Shown here in pieces: positions 9,499-19,888 of a stretch of DNA of 64,000 nt. Each line of letters starts with the position of its first letter. Positions within the stretch are counted from its first letter, which is position 1. The position numbers were made by a program, and so were the translations under genes. Source of the DNA: a virus (taxonomy: Duplodnaviria > Heunggongvirae > Uroviricota > Caudoviricetes); the IMG/VR virus record IMGVR_UViG_3300020576_001727, positions 103,062 to 167,061 of that record; one strand, 5' to 3'. The notes under the pieces are model-generated. The model had not been told where the DNA came from, made no database searches, and saw only the letters and a list, made by a program, of their open reading frames with translations.

Positions 9499-10577
9499 AC
9501 ATTGATTTGATTTTGCCGTATGTGAAGCGTTATGCGAAAAAGAATGAAGAAAATTTGATTGCTTATGTAATGGAACATAAGGGTTCTATTCTGAAAAAAT
9601 TGGGAGAAACAGAACTCTTTTTGCTGGTTACAGGTCATGCCTTTCATGAAAACGAAGCCGATTTTGTGTTTGTTGATTATAACAGACTTCAAGATGTTGA
9701 AAAGCCTTGGTCTTTTGTTAAGTTAGGCGGCTGGATTGTCTTTGTCATGAACGAACATAATTGGTCTTTGATCAAGAAATTCCGTCAAGCCAATCGTATC
9801 AGTTCTTTTCCGAGAATCGCCGGGGAATTGGTGTTCTTTCAAAAGGAAGATTATGCAAATCGAAAGCCGGTTCCTCCTGCCAATGATAATTCTTTGTTAA
9901 GAATAGCCGATTTCTATGACGAGCCGGGAAGTATTCCGGTTCCGGACCCTGCCGGTTCTCATTTGAAGATCGATTATATTCAGAAATATGGTCAATTCGA
10001 TGCGTTTATCGAAACAGGAACATATCTTGGACAAACTGTTGAACTTATTCGTAATTCTGGACTTCCATTTGAGGAAATTTATTCGATTGAATTGGAACCA
10101 ACTCTTGCCAAGAATGCTCGCAAATATTTCGCGGGCGATACAAGAGTGTTTATTGTTGAAGGCGATTCGGTCGATATAGTGTCCAAAATTTGTAGTCAAA
10201 AATTGGACAACAAGAATGCCACGTTTTGGTTGGATGCACATGCTTCCGGTCCTTTGAAAGGTGGAAGAACCGGTCCAAATCCTCTTGTCGAGGAACTAGA
10301 AGCCATTCGACAAACTGGAAACCCAAATCATACAATCTTGATCGATGATCGCCGCTTGTTTGGTTCTGGCGAATGGGGATTTTTGAAAGAAGAGAAGGTA
10401 ATGGAAATGCTCAATAAAATCAACCCGAATTATACAATTTTGTATCTGGACGGGGAAGTGCCCGAAGATATTATCTGTGCAACAGTTGTCGAGAGAGAAA
10501 TTTCAGTCATTGAGCCTGTTTCAATTGTTGAAAATGCCCAAAATACTGAAATGATGGTCCTAGAGGATTTTGAATGA
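9495..10577 (+). CDS. SAM-dependent methyltransferase (FkbM/class I-like)
   Basis: FIETGTYLGQTVE...IELEP...IVEGDS motifs. Confidence 0.5.
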   Translation: MNIDLILPYVKRYAKKNEENLIAYVMEHKGSILKKLGETELFLLVTGHAFHENEADFVFVDYNRLQDVEKPWSFVKLGGWIVFVMNEHNWSLIKKFRQANRISSFPRIAGELVFFQKEDYANRKPVPPANDNSLLRIADFYDEPGSIPVPDPAGSHLKIDYIQKYGQFDAFIETGTYLGQTVELIRNSGLPFEEIYSIELEPTLAKNARKYFAGDTRVFIVEGDSVDIVSKICSQKLDNKNATFWLDAHASGPLKGGRTGPNPLVEELEAIRQTGNPNHTILIDDRRLFGSGEWGFLKEEKVMEMLNKINPNYTILYLDGEVPEDIICATVVEREISVIEPVSIVENAQNTEMMVLEDFE

Positions 10578-11500
10578 AAATAATCAAGCTTGGGTTTGTC
10601 GATACGTTTGATGGAACGGCTGAATTCTTTCTTGATACCTTGAAGGAATTATTCACTCTCGATATCAAGGATGAATTTTCTGGTGATATCTATGAGTTTG
10701 AACGCAATGATACAGACCCAAATATTCTCTTTTTTGGGGATGAAAACTTTGGCACTCGTAACTTGTCTTACGATCCGTCCAAAGTTCTGAAAATCTTCTA
10801 TACAGGAGAGAATCGACGTTTCTATAACTATCAGTGTCATTACGGAATCACTTTCGACCATATCGATGATGACCGGCATTTCCGTTTGCCTCTATATCTC
10901 CTGAATATGCATTACTTGAAAGAAAGACATAAAATCAGTTGGATGCCTGAATGGAAGCGCCGGGCTGATACTATGTCAACCAACAAGGATTATGATCGCG
11001 CATTCTGTGGTTATGTTCAAGCCAATCCCAACTGTGAAAAGCGTAATGATTTTTTCCAGAAATTGAATGCATACAAAAAGATCGACTCGGCTGGACCGCA
11101 TTTCAATAATACGGGCTTCATCCTTCCTAGAGGCGAAGATGGAATTCTGAAAAAAATGGATTTCCTTCGTGAAAAGAAATTCACTCTTGCATTCGAGAAT
11201 GGTTCATATCCCGGTTATGCAACAGAGAAGCTTTTGGAAGCGTGGTTGGCGGGAACGGTCCCGATCTATTGGGGTTCACCAACGGTCGCACTCGATTTCA
11301 ATCCGAAGGCTTTCATCAACTGGCATGATTTCTCGGATGATGGCAAGTTTATTGAATACATCAAGTTGGTCGATAGCGACAAATATATCTATAACGCAAT
11401 TCGCAATCAGCCTTTGTTTGTTGATTATGGTTATTATGATGGTTGGGAAAGTAGATTCTATAACTGGTTTAATAGAATAATCGAAAGACACATTCAATGA
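10574..11500 (+). CDS. GT10-family alpha-1,3/4-fucosyltransferase-like glycosyltransferase
   Basis: LAFENGSYPGYATEKLLEAWLAGTVPIYWG matches FucT FxFENSxxxxYVTEK...VPIYxG signature. Confidence 0.6.
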   Translation: MKIIKLGFVDTFDGTAEFFLDTLKELFTLDIKDEFSGDIYEFERNDTDPNILFFGDENFGTRNLSYDPSKVLKIFYTGENRRFYNYQCHYGITFDHIDDDRHFRLPLYLLNMHYLKERHKISWMPEWKRRADTMSTNKDYDRAFCGYVQANPNCEKRNDFFQKLNAYKKIDSAGPHFNNTGFILPRGEDGILKKMDFLREKKFTLAFENGSYPGYATEKLLEAWLAGTVPIYWGSPTVALDFNPKAFINWHDFSDDGKFIEYIKLVDSDKYIYNAIRNQPLFVDYGYYDGWESRFYNWFNRIIERHIQ

Positions 11501-12210
11501 GCTTCAAAGTAGCACTCTGCTTATCAGGACAACCAAGATCATACAAGAAAGGTTACGAGTATCACAAGCGTAACCTTTTAGATCATTTTGACGTTGATGT
11601 TTTCATGCATTCTTGGAATGACATTGGAGAAGAAACCAAAGCTGATCTAGTTAATCTTTATGGTTCGGATAATCGTAAAGTGGAGTCGTCTTTCGGACTT
11701 TTGGGGGAACATCTGCTTTCGGCAATAGATGAATTTTATTCCAGAATTCCAAATCCTCAATTCCCGGCACGTAACACATATCGTATGTTCTATTCCATTC
11801 GAGAATCCAAGCCCGATAGAATGGATAATTATGATGTAATCATTCGCTCCCGTTATGATTATGCCTTGAATGTCAAGCTTCCTTTGCAGGAAACGAAGGT
11901 TGGAAAGATTTATGTTCCTTCCGACAGAATGACTCCTGCCCATGATTTTTGTGCGGACATGTTTGCTTTCGGCACTCCCAAAGTAATGCGCTCGTATATG
12001 GATACGTTTTATAATCTCAAAAAACATTATGAAAACGGCGTGACCATGATCGGGGAAGACATGCTTGCCGCACAATTGAAACATCATGGTTTGATTGGTG
12101 AGAACATGGTTTACGTGAACATGGCCAATCCTTTTCCGCCCGGTAAATACAATGGAAATTGGCATTCTCTCATTCGAGAAGACTTTACAGATTGGAACAA
12201 ACTACGATGA
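11497..12210 (+). CDS. uncharacterized paralog family member 1 (VALxLxGQxR..DVDxxxHxW)
   Basis: paralogous to 14759..15472 and 15450..16229. Confidence 0.5.
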   Translation: MSFKVALCLSGQPRSYKKGYEYHKRNLLDHFDVDVFMHSWNDIGEETKADLVNLYGSDNRKVESSFGLLGEHLLSAIDEFYSRIPNPQFPARNTYRMFYSIRESKPDRMDNYDVIIRSRYDYALNVKLPLQETKVGKIYVPSDRMTPAHDFCADMFAFGTPKVMRSYMDTFYNLKKHYENGVTMIGEDMLAAQLKHHGLIGENMVYVNMANPFPPGKYNGNWHSLIREDFTDWNKLR

Positions 12211-12632
12211 TTTTCAAGGAATTGTCGGATTATCCGGGTTATTTTGCATGTTCTGATGGGTGGGTATATTCATCATGGAGGCAAACCAAAGATTCTTCCT
12301 ACATTGACTATTCCGTCAAACATAAACTTAAGCCGGGTTTAAGAGGAAAAAAGAAATATTATTTAATTTGCCCCAAAAATATAGATGGCAAACCGACAAC
12401 TAAGGATATTCATAGCTTAATTGCATCCGCATTCCTTGGTCCGAAACCAGAAGGCATGACCGTTTCACATAAGGACGGCAATTCTAAAAATAATAAACCT
12501 GAGAATTTGGTATATGAAACATATTCGGATAATCATAAGAGAAAAATAGAACATGGCACTTATGATGGTGGGACAAAAAATTCAAGGGCTATATTTTCTC
12601 TAGAAGATTTGCAAACAATGCTATCCTTGTGA
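12207..12632 (+). CDS. HNH homing endonuclease (NUMOD4-like N-term)
   Basis: HKDGNSKNNKPENL...SDNHKRK; DYPGYFACSDGWVYSS. Confidence 0.6.
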   Translation: MIFKELSDYPGYFACSDGWVYSSWRQTKDSSYIDYSVKHKLKPGLRGKKKYYLICPKNIDGKPTTKDIHSLIASAFLGPKPEGMTVSHKDGNSKNNKPENLVYETYSDNHKRKIEHGTYDGGTKNSRAIFSLEDLQTMLSL

Positions 12633-12717
12633 AACCAAAACTGGACACATAAGCAAATAGCAGACCATTTGAATACAGATTCACGAAACATTCAACGAAT
12701 TTTAGCAGGACAAAGAT

Positions 12718-14097
12718 ATGCAAGAGAAATACAATCGCTTAATAGTGTTTGATTTGGATGGTGTTTTGGTCGATACAAAAGACATTCATTATCATGCCTT
12801 GAATTATGCTCTTAATAAAGCTGGTGTAAAGACAATCGCTTATTCGGAACATGTTTCAACTTATGACGGACTTCCTACCAAGACCAAACTAGATATGCTA
12901 TCAGCAAAAGGTCTTGACCGTTCTTTGATTCCTCAAATTATCAAAGATAAAAATGAAATGACCAATCACAAACTCTATAATCTTCAAAAAGATGAAAAGC
13001 TTGTTGATTTGTTTGCTGCTTTGAAAATTCATGGCTATAAGATAGCGGTCGCCTCCAATGCGGTAAGAGATACTGTCAAGATTTGTATTGATCGCCTTGG
13101 TTTGAATCTCTTGGTTGATTTGTTTTTGTCCAATGAAGACGTTACCAACCAAAAGCCGCACCCCGAAATCTATTGGAAAGCCATGTCCAAGCTTAAGGCA
13201 TTGCCTGAAAATACAATCATTGTCGAGGATTCAGCCGTTGGTCGTGAAGGCGCGAACAAGACAGGAGCCTTGGTTTGGGGACTCGATCATCTTTACGAAT
13301 TGACTTTGGATAACATGCTGAATTATATAGACAAATTGGAAAAGACTCCAAACAAGACGGTTTGGAAAGACGAAAAGATGACCGTTCTCATTCCAATGGC
13401 TGGATTGGGGTCGCGCTTCGCCCAAGCCGGTTACACGTTCCCCAAGCCTTTGATCGAAGTCCGAAACAAGCCGATGATTCAGATTGTTGCCGAAAATCTA
13501 GGGATCGATGCCAAGTTCGTCTACATCGTTCAAAAGGAACATTACGAGAAATATAATCTGAAAAATGTCTTGAACCTGATCACTCCTAATTGTGAAATAG
13601 TTCAGACAGAAGGCTTGACAGAAGGCGCCGCTTGCACTACATTACTCGCTAAACATCTGATTGATAATGATCGTCGGTTGGTAATTGCCAACAGTGATCA
13701 GTTTGTCGAGTGGGATTCAGCCAAGACGCTTTATTCCTTGATTGAGTCTAAAGTGGACGGTGGAATTTTGACGTTCAAGTCAACGCATCCGAAATGGTCA
13801 TTTGCCAAGGTCGATGAATCTGGTTTTGTTACCGAAGTTGCTGAAAAGCAGCCAATCTCGGATAATGCAACCGTTGGTATCTATTATTGGAAGCATGGTT
13901 CGGATTACGTCAAGTATGCAGAACGAATGATCACAAAGAATATTCGCACCAATAATGAGTTCTATGTGTGTCCGGTCTTCAATCAGGCTATCGAGGATGG
14001 GAAGAAGATCGTTACCAGACAGATTGAAGCTATGTGGGGAATTGGCACTCCCGAAGATTTGAATTATTTCTTGAACAATTACAAAGGTGTAGTATGA
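12718..14097 (+). CDS. bifunctional HAD-family phosphatase / sugar-phosphate nucleotidyltransferase
   Basis: N-term LIVFDLDGVLVDT (HAD motif I); C-term LIPMAGLGSRF nucleotidyltransferase signature. Confidence 0.55.
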   Translation: MQEKYNRLIVFDLDGVLVDTKDIHYHALNYALNKAGVKTIAYSEHVSTYDGLPTKTKLDMLSAKGLDRSLIPQIIKDKNEMTNHKLYNLQKDEKLVDLFAALKIHGYKIAVASNAVRDTVKICIDRLGLNLLVDLFLSNEDVTNQKPHPEIYWKAMSKLKALPENTIIVEDSAVGREGANKTGALVWGLDHLYELTLDNMLNYIDKLEKTPNKTVWKDEKMTVLIPMAGLGSRFAQAGYTFPKPLIEVRNKPMIQIVAENLGIDAKFVYIVQKEHYEKYNLKNVLNLITPNCEIVQTEGLTEGAACTTLLAKHLIDNDRRLVIANSDQFVEWDSAKTLYSLIESKVDGGILTFKSTHPKWSFAKVDESGFVTEVAEKQPISDNATVGIYYWKHGSDYVKYAERMITKNIRTNNEFYVCPVFNQAIEDGKKIVTRQIEAMWGIGTPEDLNYFLNNYKGVV

Positions 14098-14762
14098 AAT
14101 TAGGTATTGTCAGTGACTTGCATCTTGAATTTCGAGATGCAAACTTTTTCTATGATATTTCCGACAAGCTTCATGAGAGTGAAGCCGATGTAATCATTTT
14201 GGCTGGTGATATTCATAGACAGAAGATAATGAGAGATTTGTTTCTGGAGTCAATTCAGAAGCCTTATTTCTTCGTGCATGGAAATCATGATTATTACAAC
14301 AAATTCGCCTTTGTGGAAGACGATTTCCATGAAGAAATCTTCGACGGCGTGAAGATAGCGGGAGCTTGTCTTTGGACTCATTTTGGGGATGATCCGATTG
14401 TGGAGATACATGCTCGCGAAGAAATCAACGATTTTCGAGTTATTCCGAACTTCACCACGTTCAAATGTAAGGAAATTTTCTCACAACAGTTTAAGAAGTT
14501 GATGCAGTCGGATGCTGATATCATTGTCACACATTTTCCACCGACTTATGCGACTGAAAATCCTTTATACAAGAACAGTCCTTTGAATCCATATTTCATG
14601 AACAATCTTGACGATCATGTTTATGATAAGAAGCTTTGGATTCATGGTCATACGCATACCAGACGCGAAGCTATGGTCGGGAATTGTCGAGTGATAACTA
14701 ATCAGTTGGGTTATCCCGGTGAAATCAAAGAACCATACGAAATCAAGATAGTGGAAGTGTGA
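14094..14762 (+). CDS. calcineurin-like metallophosphoesterase
   Basis: GIVSDLH, LAGDIH, GNHD motifs. Confidence 0.55.
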   Translation: MKLGIVSDLHLEFRDANFFYDISDKLHESEADVIILAGDIHRQKIMRDLFLESIQKPYFFVHGNHDYYNKFAFVEDDFHEEIFDGVKIAGACLWTHFGDDPIVEIHAREEINDFRVIPNFTTFKCKEIFSQQFKKLMQSDADIIVTHFPPTYATENPLYKNSPLNPYFMNNLDDHVYDKKLWIHGHTHTRREAMVGNCRVITNQLGYPGEIKEPYEIKIVEV

Positions 14763-15472
14763 TGAAAGTAGCTCTAATCCTTTATGGTCAGCCTCGTTTT
14801 ATTCAGAGGGATGATGTCTATAAATCCCATATCGATAATATCGTTTATAAGTATGATGATGTAGACATTTACGCGCATATGTGGTGGCATCCTTTTGATC
14901 ATTTTGGAACAACTTCAAGTTGGGCAAAGGATCATGGAACACAAGATTTTATGAGTTGCCCAATTGATGCACCAGCACTTATAGCGACAAAATATCATCC
15001 AAAACGTATGTTGATAATGCCTCCACAACGGTTTGAACCGGAACCTCAAACTAAACAGATTCTCGAATCTCGTTTTACCGGAAACAAGTATTTTTCATGG
15101 GAAAATTGGAGCAACATCGCCTCCCAACTAACCGCATTACAAGAAGCCTCACTTTTGGTTGAACAAGCGAACCAATACGATTGGTTGGTGATGGCTAGAT
15201 ATGATGCTCTCCTAGAGAATTTTCCTGACTTAACCACGTTGGAACCGGGCTTCTATTGTCCCCAAGGCGGTCATTTTAATGACTTGATTCACGTCTATAA
15301 ACCAGTCTATAATGAGTTTTTCAACTATCTGGCATCTGCTGCGAACGATCCTTGGATTCTTAACAAGATCGATTTGCCGATTCCCGAATTGTTCAAATAC
15401 TGGCACTACCAATCCTGTTTCATGCAGGAACCAAAGAAGATAGGAATGTATGCACATGTCATCCGAAACTAA
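14759..15472 (+). CDS. uncharacterized paralog family member 2
   Basis: MKVALILYGQPRF...DVDIYAHMWW. Confidence 0.5.
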   Translation: MMKVALILYGQPRFIQRDDVYKSHIDNIVYKYDDVDIYAHMWWHPFDHFGTTSSWAKDHGTQDFMSCPIDAPALIATKYHPKRMLIMPPQRFEPEPQTKQILESRFTGNKYFSWENWSNIASQLTALQEASLLVEQANQYDWLVMARYDALLENFPDLTTLEPGFYCPQGGHFNDLIHVYKPVYNEFFNYLASAANDPWILNKIDLPIPELFKYWHYQSCFMQEPKKIGMYAHVIRN

Positions 15473-16229
15473 GAAGGCTAAAGTTGCGCTCGTTCTGACA
15501 GGTCATATGCGTTGTTGGGAACAAGTCTATCCGAATATCAAGAAAAATTTCATTGATCCGTATGATACGGACGTTTTCATTTCGACTTGGGATGACGAAG
15601 GCTATTGGACTTCCCCGGAAAATGATCCGAAGGGAGTAGGCGTCAATACGGCTTCTCCCAAGCTGAATATCGAAAGAGTCAAGGAAATCTATAATCCGAT
15701 AAAATTTTATATTGACTCGAATGAAGAATATCGAGAAACTTATGATCATCAAGCCAAAATATTAGAACCATATTGTAAGCAAATTCGACCGCTGAATATT
15801 CTTTGTCAGTTTGACCGTATCTATAATGGATATGCCGACATGCTATCGACGGGAATACAATATGATTGGGTTGTTCGAATTCGCCCGGATTTGATAATTA
15901 ATTCTGGACTACCCAATCTGAATACAACGCCTAAAGATTTTGTTTTCACATTACATCATCCTAACCACGAAGGTCTTGGAACGGGTGATATGATGCTGAT
16001 TTCTTCCCTTAATTTTGCTTATTATTTTGGAATTGGTCATATATCAGTTCCGAGTGATGCAAACACAAAGAATCTTCTTGTTAATGGTCGTTTCTGCCCA
16101 CATGTCTATACCAAGCATGTAATCAAGAAATTGTGTGAAGAATTGCAACACAAGCACGTTGAATTGAGAGTGGATAAGTATCTTATGCATACCCCGCGCG
16201 GACAATATCAGGATGTTCCCAATGGCTAA
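15450..16229 (+). CDS. uncharacterized paralog family member 3
   Basis: KVALVLTGHMRCW...DTDVFISTWDDEG. Confidence 0.5.
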   Translation: MHMSSETKKAKVALVLTGHMRCWEQVYPNIKKNFIDPYDTDVFISTWDDEGYWTSPENDPKGVGVNTASPKLNIERVKEIYNPIKFYIDSNEEYRETYDHQAKILEPYCKQIRPLNILCQFDRIYNGYADMLSTGIQYDWVVRIRPDLIINSGLPNLNTTPKDFVFTLHHPNHEGLGTGDMMLISSLNFAYYFGIGHISVPSDANTKNLLVNGRFCPHVYTKHVIKKLCEELQHKHVELRVDKYLMHTPRGQYQDVPNG

Positions 16230-16740
16230 AATCATTTCACATAGAGGCAATCTATCCGGACCTAAAACCGCTCCAAGTGGAGAGAATAGCGGTCACGCCA
16301 TCAAACATGCGATAGCTGAAGGATTTGATGTCGAAGTCGATATTCAGGATTTTGACGGATATAATTTCATTACCGGACATGACGAAGCCGATCATGTTGT
16401 CGATTCGCAAAAACTTGATATAAATCGGGTTTGGTTTCATGCTAAAAGCATATACATCTTTGAAAAAATGTTGAACCATACCACCAAATTCAATGTCTTT
16501 TATCATACCAATGAAGACGTTGTTCTAACTTCCAAGGGAAATCTTTGGTTTTTCCCCAAGGCTATTATTCCATTCCATTCGAATAATGTCATGGTATTGC
16601 CCGAAGCCTTTTGGTTCAGGAAAAGGGAAAGTGGTTCTTACTGGAATATGTCATCTGACTTGAAATTGATGATGCAACAGCTTCATGGGGTTTGCACAGA
16701 TTATCCCTATGATTTTTATGAATTTTTTGGAGGAAAATAA
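16213..16740 (+). CDS. glycerophosphodiester phosphodiesterase (GDPD)-like
   Basis: ISHRGNLSGP...ENSGHAIKHAIAEGFDVEVDI matches GP-PDE N-terminal motifs. Confidence 0.45.
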   Translation: MFPMAKIISHRGNLSGPKTAPSGENSGHAIKHAIAEGFDVEVDIQDFDGYNFITGHDEADHVVDSQKLDINRVWFHAKSIYIFEKMLNHTTKFNVFYHTNEDVVLTSKGNLWFFPKAIIPFHSNNVMVLPEAFWFRKRESGSYWNMSSDLKLMMQQLHGVCTDYPYDFYEFFGGK

Positions 16741-17940
16741 GTGAAAACCGTATCTATCATTGGTGCTTGTGGGCATGTTGGTCTTCCTCTAACAGTGCTT
16801 GTCGCGGAAGCCGATTATAATACCATCGGCATTGATATAAACCGGGAAGCCGTTGATTTGGCAAACAATGGAATGGCTACGTTCAAGGAAAAGAATTTAA
16901 ACGAGCGCCTTGCCAACATCAAACAAAATGGCAACCTGCATTTTGTCATTGCAGACACCATTCAAGCCGATGCAGCCTTGATCGAATCGGACGTGATTGT
17001 CATCATTATCGGAACTCCAATCGATCACGAAAACAATCCGAGAATGGAGCCTCTTTTCGATCTTGCCGAAATGCTCAATCGAGTCGATCTTTCCAACAAG
17101 GTCATCATTTTACGTTCAACAGTATCGCCGGGAACAACTGCCGTCTTTGCCGAAAAGCTGAATCAGACTCCCAAGGCAATCGCTTTCTGTCCGGAACGTG
17201 TCCAGCAAGGCAATTCGTTAGTCGAACTCGAAAAATTTCCTCAAATCGTCGGAATGCATTCGGGCAATCGAGAAGCCGTCCATAATTTTTTCTGGAAAGT
17301 TCTTCCCGATATAGAACTTATCGAAGCTACCGATTTGGAAGCCGAAATTGGCAAGCTGTTTACCAACATGGCGCGTTATATCGAATTTGCCGTGGCGAAT
17401 GAATTTCAGATGATTGCCGCCTCGTTTGGTGTTGATGGAACCGACATTCTTGAAAAATTCAAGAAATCCTATCCTCGCATGAATCTCGCCAAACCCGGTC
17501 CAAATGTTGGCGGTCCTTGCCTGTTCAAGGATGGCAAGTTCTTGTTGAAAAACGTGAGTGGAATGACCATGACCGAAATGGCATTTCGAGTGAATGAGGG
17601 AATGCCAGCCTATATCGTCCAGCAAATGCAGCCGTTGCCGGGTGACAGAGTTTTGATCCTCGGAGCCGCTTTCAAGGCGGAAAGTGATGATATCCGCAAT
17701 TCCTTGTCATTCAAGCTGAAAAAACTCTTGATTAATGAAGGGGTTGACGTTACAATTTACGATCCTCATGTGAAGGGGTATGAAAAACTTCCTAGTTTGG
17801 ATGGTTTTGAATATTTCGTGGTAATGACGCCTCATTCACAGTTCGCGGAATTGCTATATCAAATCGATGATGAACGGAACGCCAATTCCACAATCGTTGA
17901 TTTCTGGAAAATAAATCCAGATAAAGGAATAATGTATTAA
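16741..17940 (+). CDS. NDP-sugar (UDP-glucose/GDP-mannose) 6-dehydrogenase, GTG start
   Basis: Rossmann VSIIGACGHVGLPL; central and C-terminal dehydrogenase domains (GGPCL catalytic Cys region). Confidence 0.6.
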   Translation: MKTVSIIGACGHVGLPLTVLVAEADYNTIGIDINREAVDLANNGMATFKEKNLNERLANIKQNGNLHFVIADTIQADAALIESDVIVIIIGTPIDHENNPRMEPLFDLAEMLNRVDLSNKVIILRSTVSPGTTAVFAEKLNQTPKAIAFCPERVQQGNSLVELEKFPQIVGMHSGNREAVHNFFWKVLPDIELIEATDLEAEIGKLFTNMARYIEFAVANEFQMIAASFGVDGTDILEKFKKSYPRMNLAKPGPNVGGPCLFKDGKFLLKNVSGMTMTEMAFRVNEGMPAYIVQQMQPLPGDRVLILGAAFKAESDDIRNSLSFKLKKLLINEGVDVTIYDPHVKGYEKLPSLDGFEYFVVMTPHSQFAELLYQIDDERNANSTIVDFWKINPDKGIMY

Positions 17941-17951
17941 AGGAAAACAAT

Positions 17952-18932
17952 ATGACAATTTTAGTAACTGGTTCAGCCGGATCATTGGGTTCGGAAATCG
18001 TCAAGCAACTGAAAGACAATCAAACAGATTTCAATTCTGTCTATGGAATAGATATTAATGAAGGCGAACATGTTGATTTCAAAATTGATTTGGTTGATAA
18101 TGTTTCTGAATTAGAACGGGTTTTTGGTGATATACAACCCGATATCATAGTGCATTGCGCAGCGAATATCTATGGAATCGGTGGTTTTAATGCCTTGCCA
18201 GCAACCATCCTTGGCAAAGACGTTGCCATGCTCTATAACACTTTGAATTTGTTCAAGAATTTACCGAAAAAAACCAAGTTTGTTTATATTTCTTCTTCAA
18301 TGGTGTATGAGCAAGTTCGGGGTGATCCTGAACTTTCCGAACATCTGGTTGACGATTCGATTGCTCCTAAGACAGAATATGGAATGTCCAAGTTTGTTGG
18401 GGAGAGATTGGTTAAAGCCTTTGGCAAGGAATATGGCATCGAATATACAATCTGGCGTCCTTTCAATATCATTACTCCATATGAGAAGCCCAAGGAAGGA
18501 AGAAACAGACAGGGATACTCCCATGTCTTTGCGGATTTCTTTGAAAATATTCTAATCAACAAACTGAATCCATTGCCTATCATTGGTTCTGGTAGTCAAG
18601 TTCGATGCTTTACGTGGTATGAGGAAGTCGCTGATTGTATCGTCTCAAATCTGTGGAACAAGAAGACCGTCAATGAAGTTTACAACATTGGCAACAATGA
18701 ACCTGTCAACATGATGCAGTTGGCGCATATGATCGTGGACGAATCCAAGGAAAGAGGATATTTGTCCAAGGATTTCCGATTGGAATTCAAATCGGTCAAG
18801 GACTATCCCAATGATGTCATGGTAAGAGTTCCTAACGTGTTCAAGGCTCTTGGTGATCTTGGTTTCTCTGCTTCGATCAAGACCAAGGAATCGATCAAGC
18901 GTTGTATGAATGAATGGGAAAAACTCCTATGA
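17952..18932 (+). CDS. NAD-dependent epimerase/dehydratase (SDR)
   Basis: ILVTGSAGSLGS, YGMSK (YxxxK). Confidence 0.6.
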   Translation: MTILVTGSAGSLGSEIVKQLKDNQTDFNSVYGIDINEGEHVDFKIDLVDNVSELERVFGDIQPDIIVHCAANIYGIGGFNALPATILGKDVAMLYNTLNLFKNLPKKTKFVYISSSMVYEQVRGDPELSEHLVDDSIAPKTEYGMSKFVGERLVKAFGKEYGIEYTIWRPFNIITPYEKPKEGRNRQGYSHVFADFFENILINKLNPLPIIGSGSQVRCFTWYEEVADCIVSNLWNKKTVNEVYNIGNNEPVNMMQLAHMIVDESKERGYLSKDFRLEFKSVKDYPNDVMVRVPNVFKALGDLGFSASIKTKESIKRCMNEWEKLL

Positions 18933-19888
18933 CCAAGAAAAACTTCCTGATTATTGGCGGCTATGGTTATGTCGGCACTCATTTGCGAAAGTATCTGACT
19001 CAAAAATATGATTTGAGTGAAGAATTTGGTTCGGCTCGAAAAAACAACGGCAAAATCTATGATATAGATATTTTGTCGAGTGATTATCAGTCTCAATTGA
19101 AAGAATCTCTTTTGCATGAATATGATGCGGTGTTCTATCTTGCTGCAAATTCTATGGTTTCGGACGGCATTCTTTCTCCATTTTCAACACTTGAAAACAA
19201 TGTCGGTCAATTGATGTATTATCTCAAAATGTTGAAAGGCAAAGCCAAGACTTGGGTTTTTGCTTCATCTTCTTCGGTTTATGCATCCGACTCAAAGCTT
19301 GTCAAGGATGGTGATGGATATTCTGAAAATAGTCCAACCAAAATCTATGCAATGTCAGCCGCCGCCAATGCCAATGACAGCATTTATGCGGTTTCAAAGA
19401 TTTTGGGAGAGAGAATTTTACAAGCCGCGAATCATGAATATGGTTTGAAGTCGATTTCTCTTCGATTTGGTAATATCGCCGGTAATGAAATTCAATCATA
19501 TGTCTGGAAAAATCATCTAATTCCCAAGCTTCTTTTATCAGAAGATCGAAAGATTACTTTTTATGGCAATCCTAATTCCTTTTCAAGGGATTATGTTCAT
19601 ATCAATGATGTTTGTATTGCCTTGGATTTGGCTTGGCAATATTCTTTGACGACTGGATTGGGTTATGAAGTGTTCAACATTGCTTCTGGACAAGACACAA
19701 CTAACGCGGCAATTCTGAAAAAAGTCGAAACCTATTTGGATAAAAAATTTGATACCGTCATAGGAGACGAACGAATTGGGGAAGAATACAACATCAAGCT
19801 TGACATTACCAAGGCAAAACAGTATCTTGGTTGGGAGCCTAAGAAAAATTTGAATGATATAATTCAGTCATATGTAGGAGTGGTTTGA
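18914..19888 (+). CDS. NAD-dependent epimerase/dehydratase (SDR)
   Basis: LIIGGYGYVGTH, YAVSK. Confidence 0.6.
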   Translation: MGKTPMTKKNFLIIGGYGYVGTHLRKYLTQKYDLSEEFGSARKNNGKIYDIDILSSDYQSQLKESLLHEYDAVFYLAANSMVSDGILSPFSTLENNVGQLMYYLKMLKGKAKTWVFASSSSVYASDSKLVKDGDGYSENSPTKIYAMSAAANANDSIYAVSKILGERILQAANHEYGLKSISLRFGNIAGNEIQSYVWKNHLIPKLLLSEDRKITFYGNPNSFSRDYVHINDVCIALDLAWQYSLTTGLGYEVFNIASGQDTTNAAILKKVETYLDKKFDTVIGDERIGEEYNIKLDITKAKQYLGWEPKKNLNDIIQSYVGVV

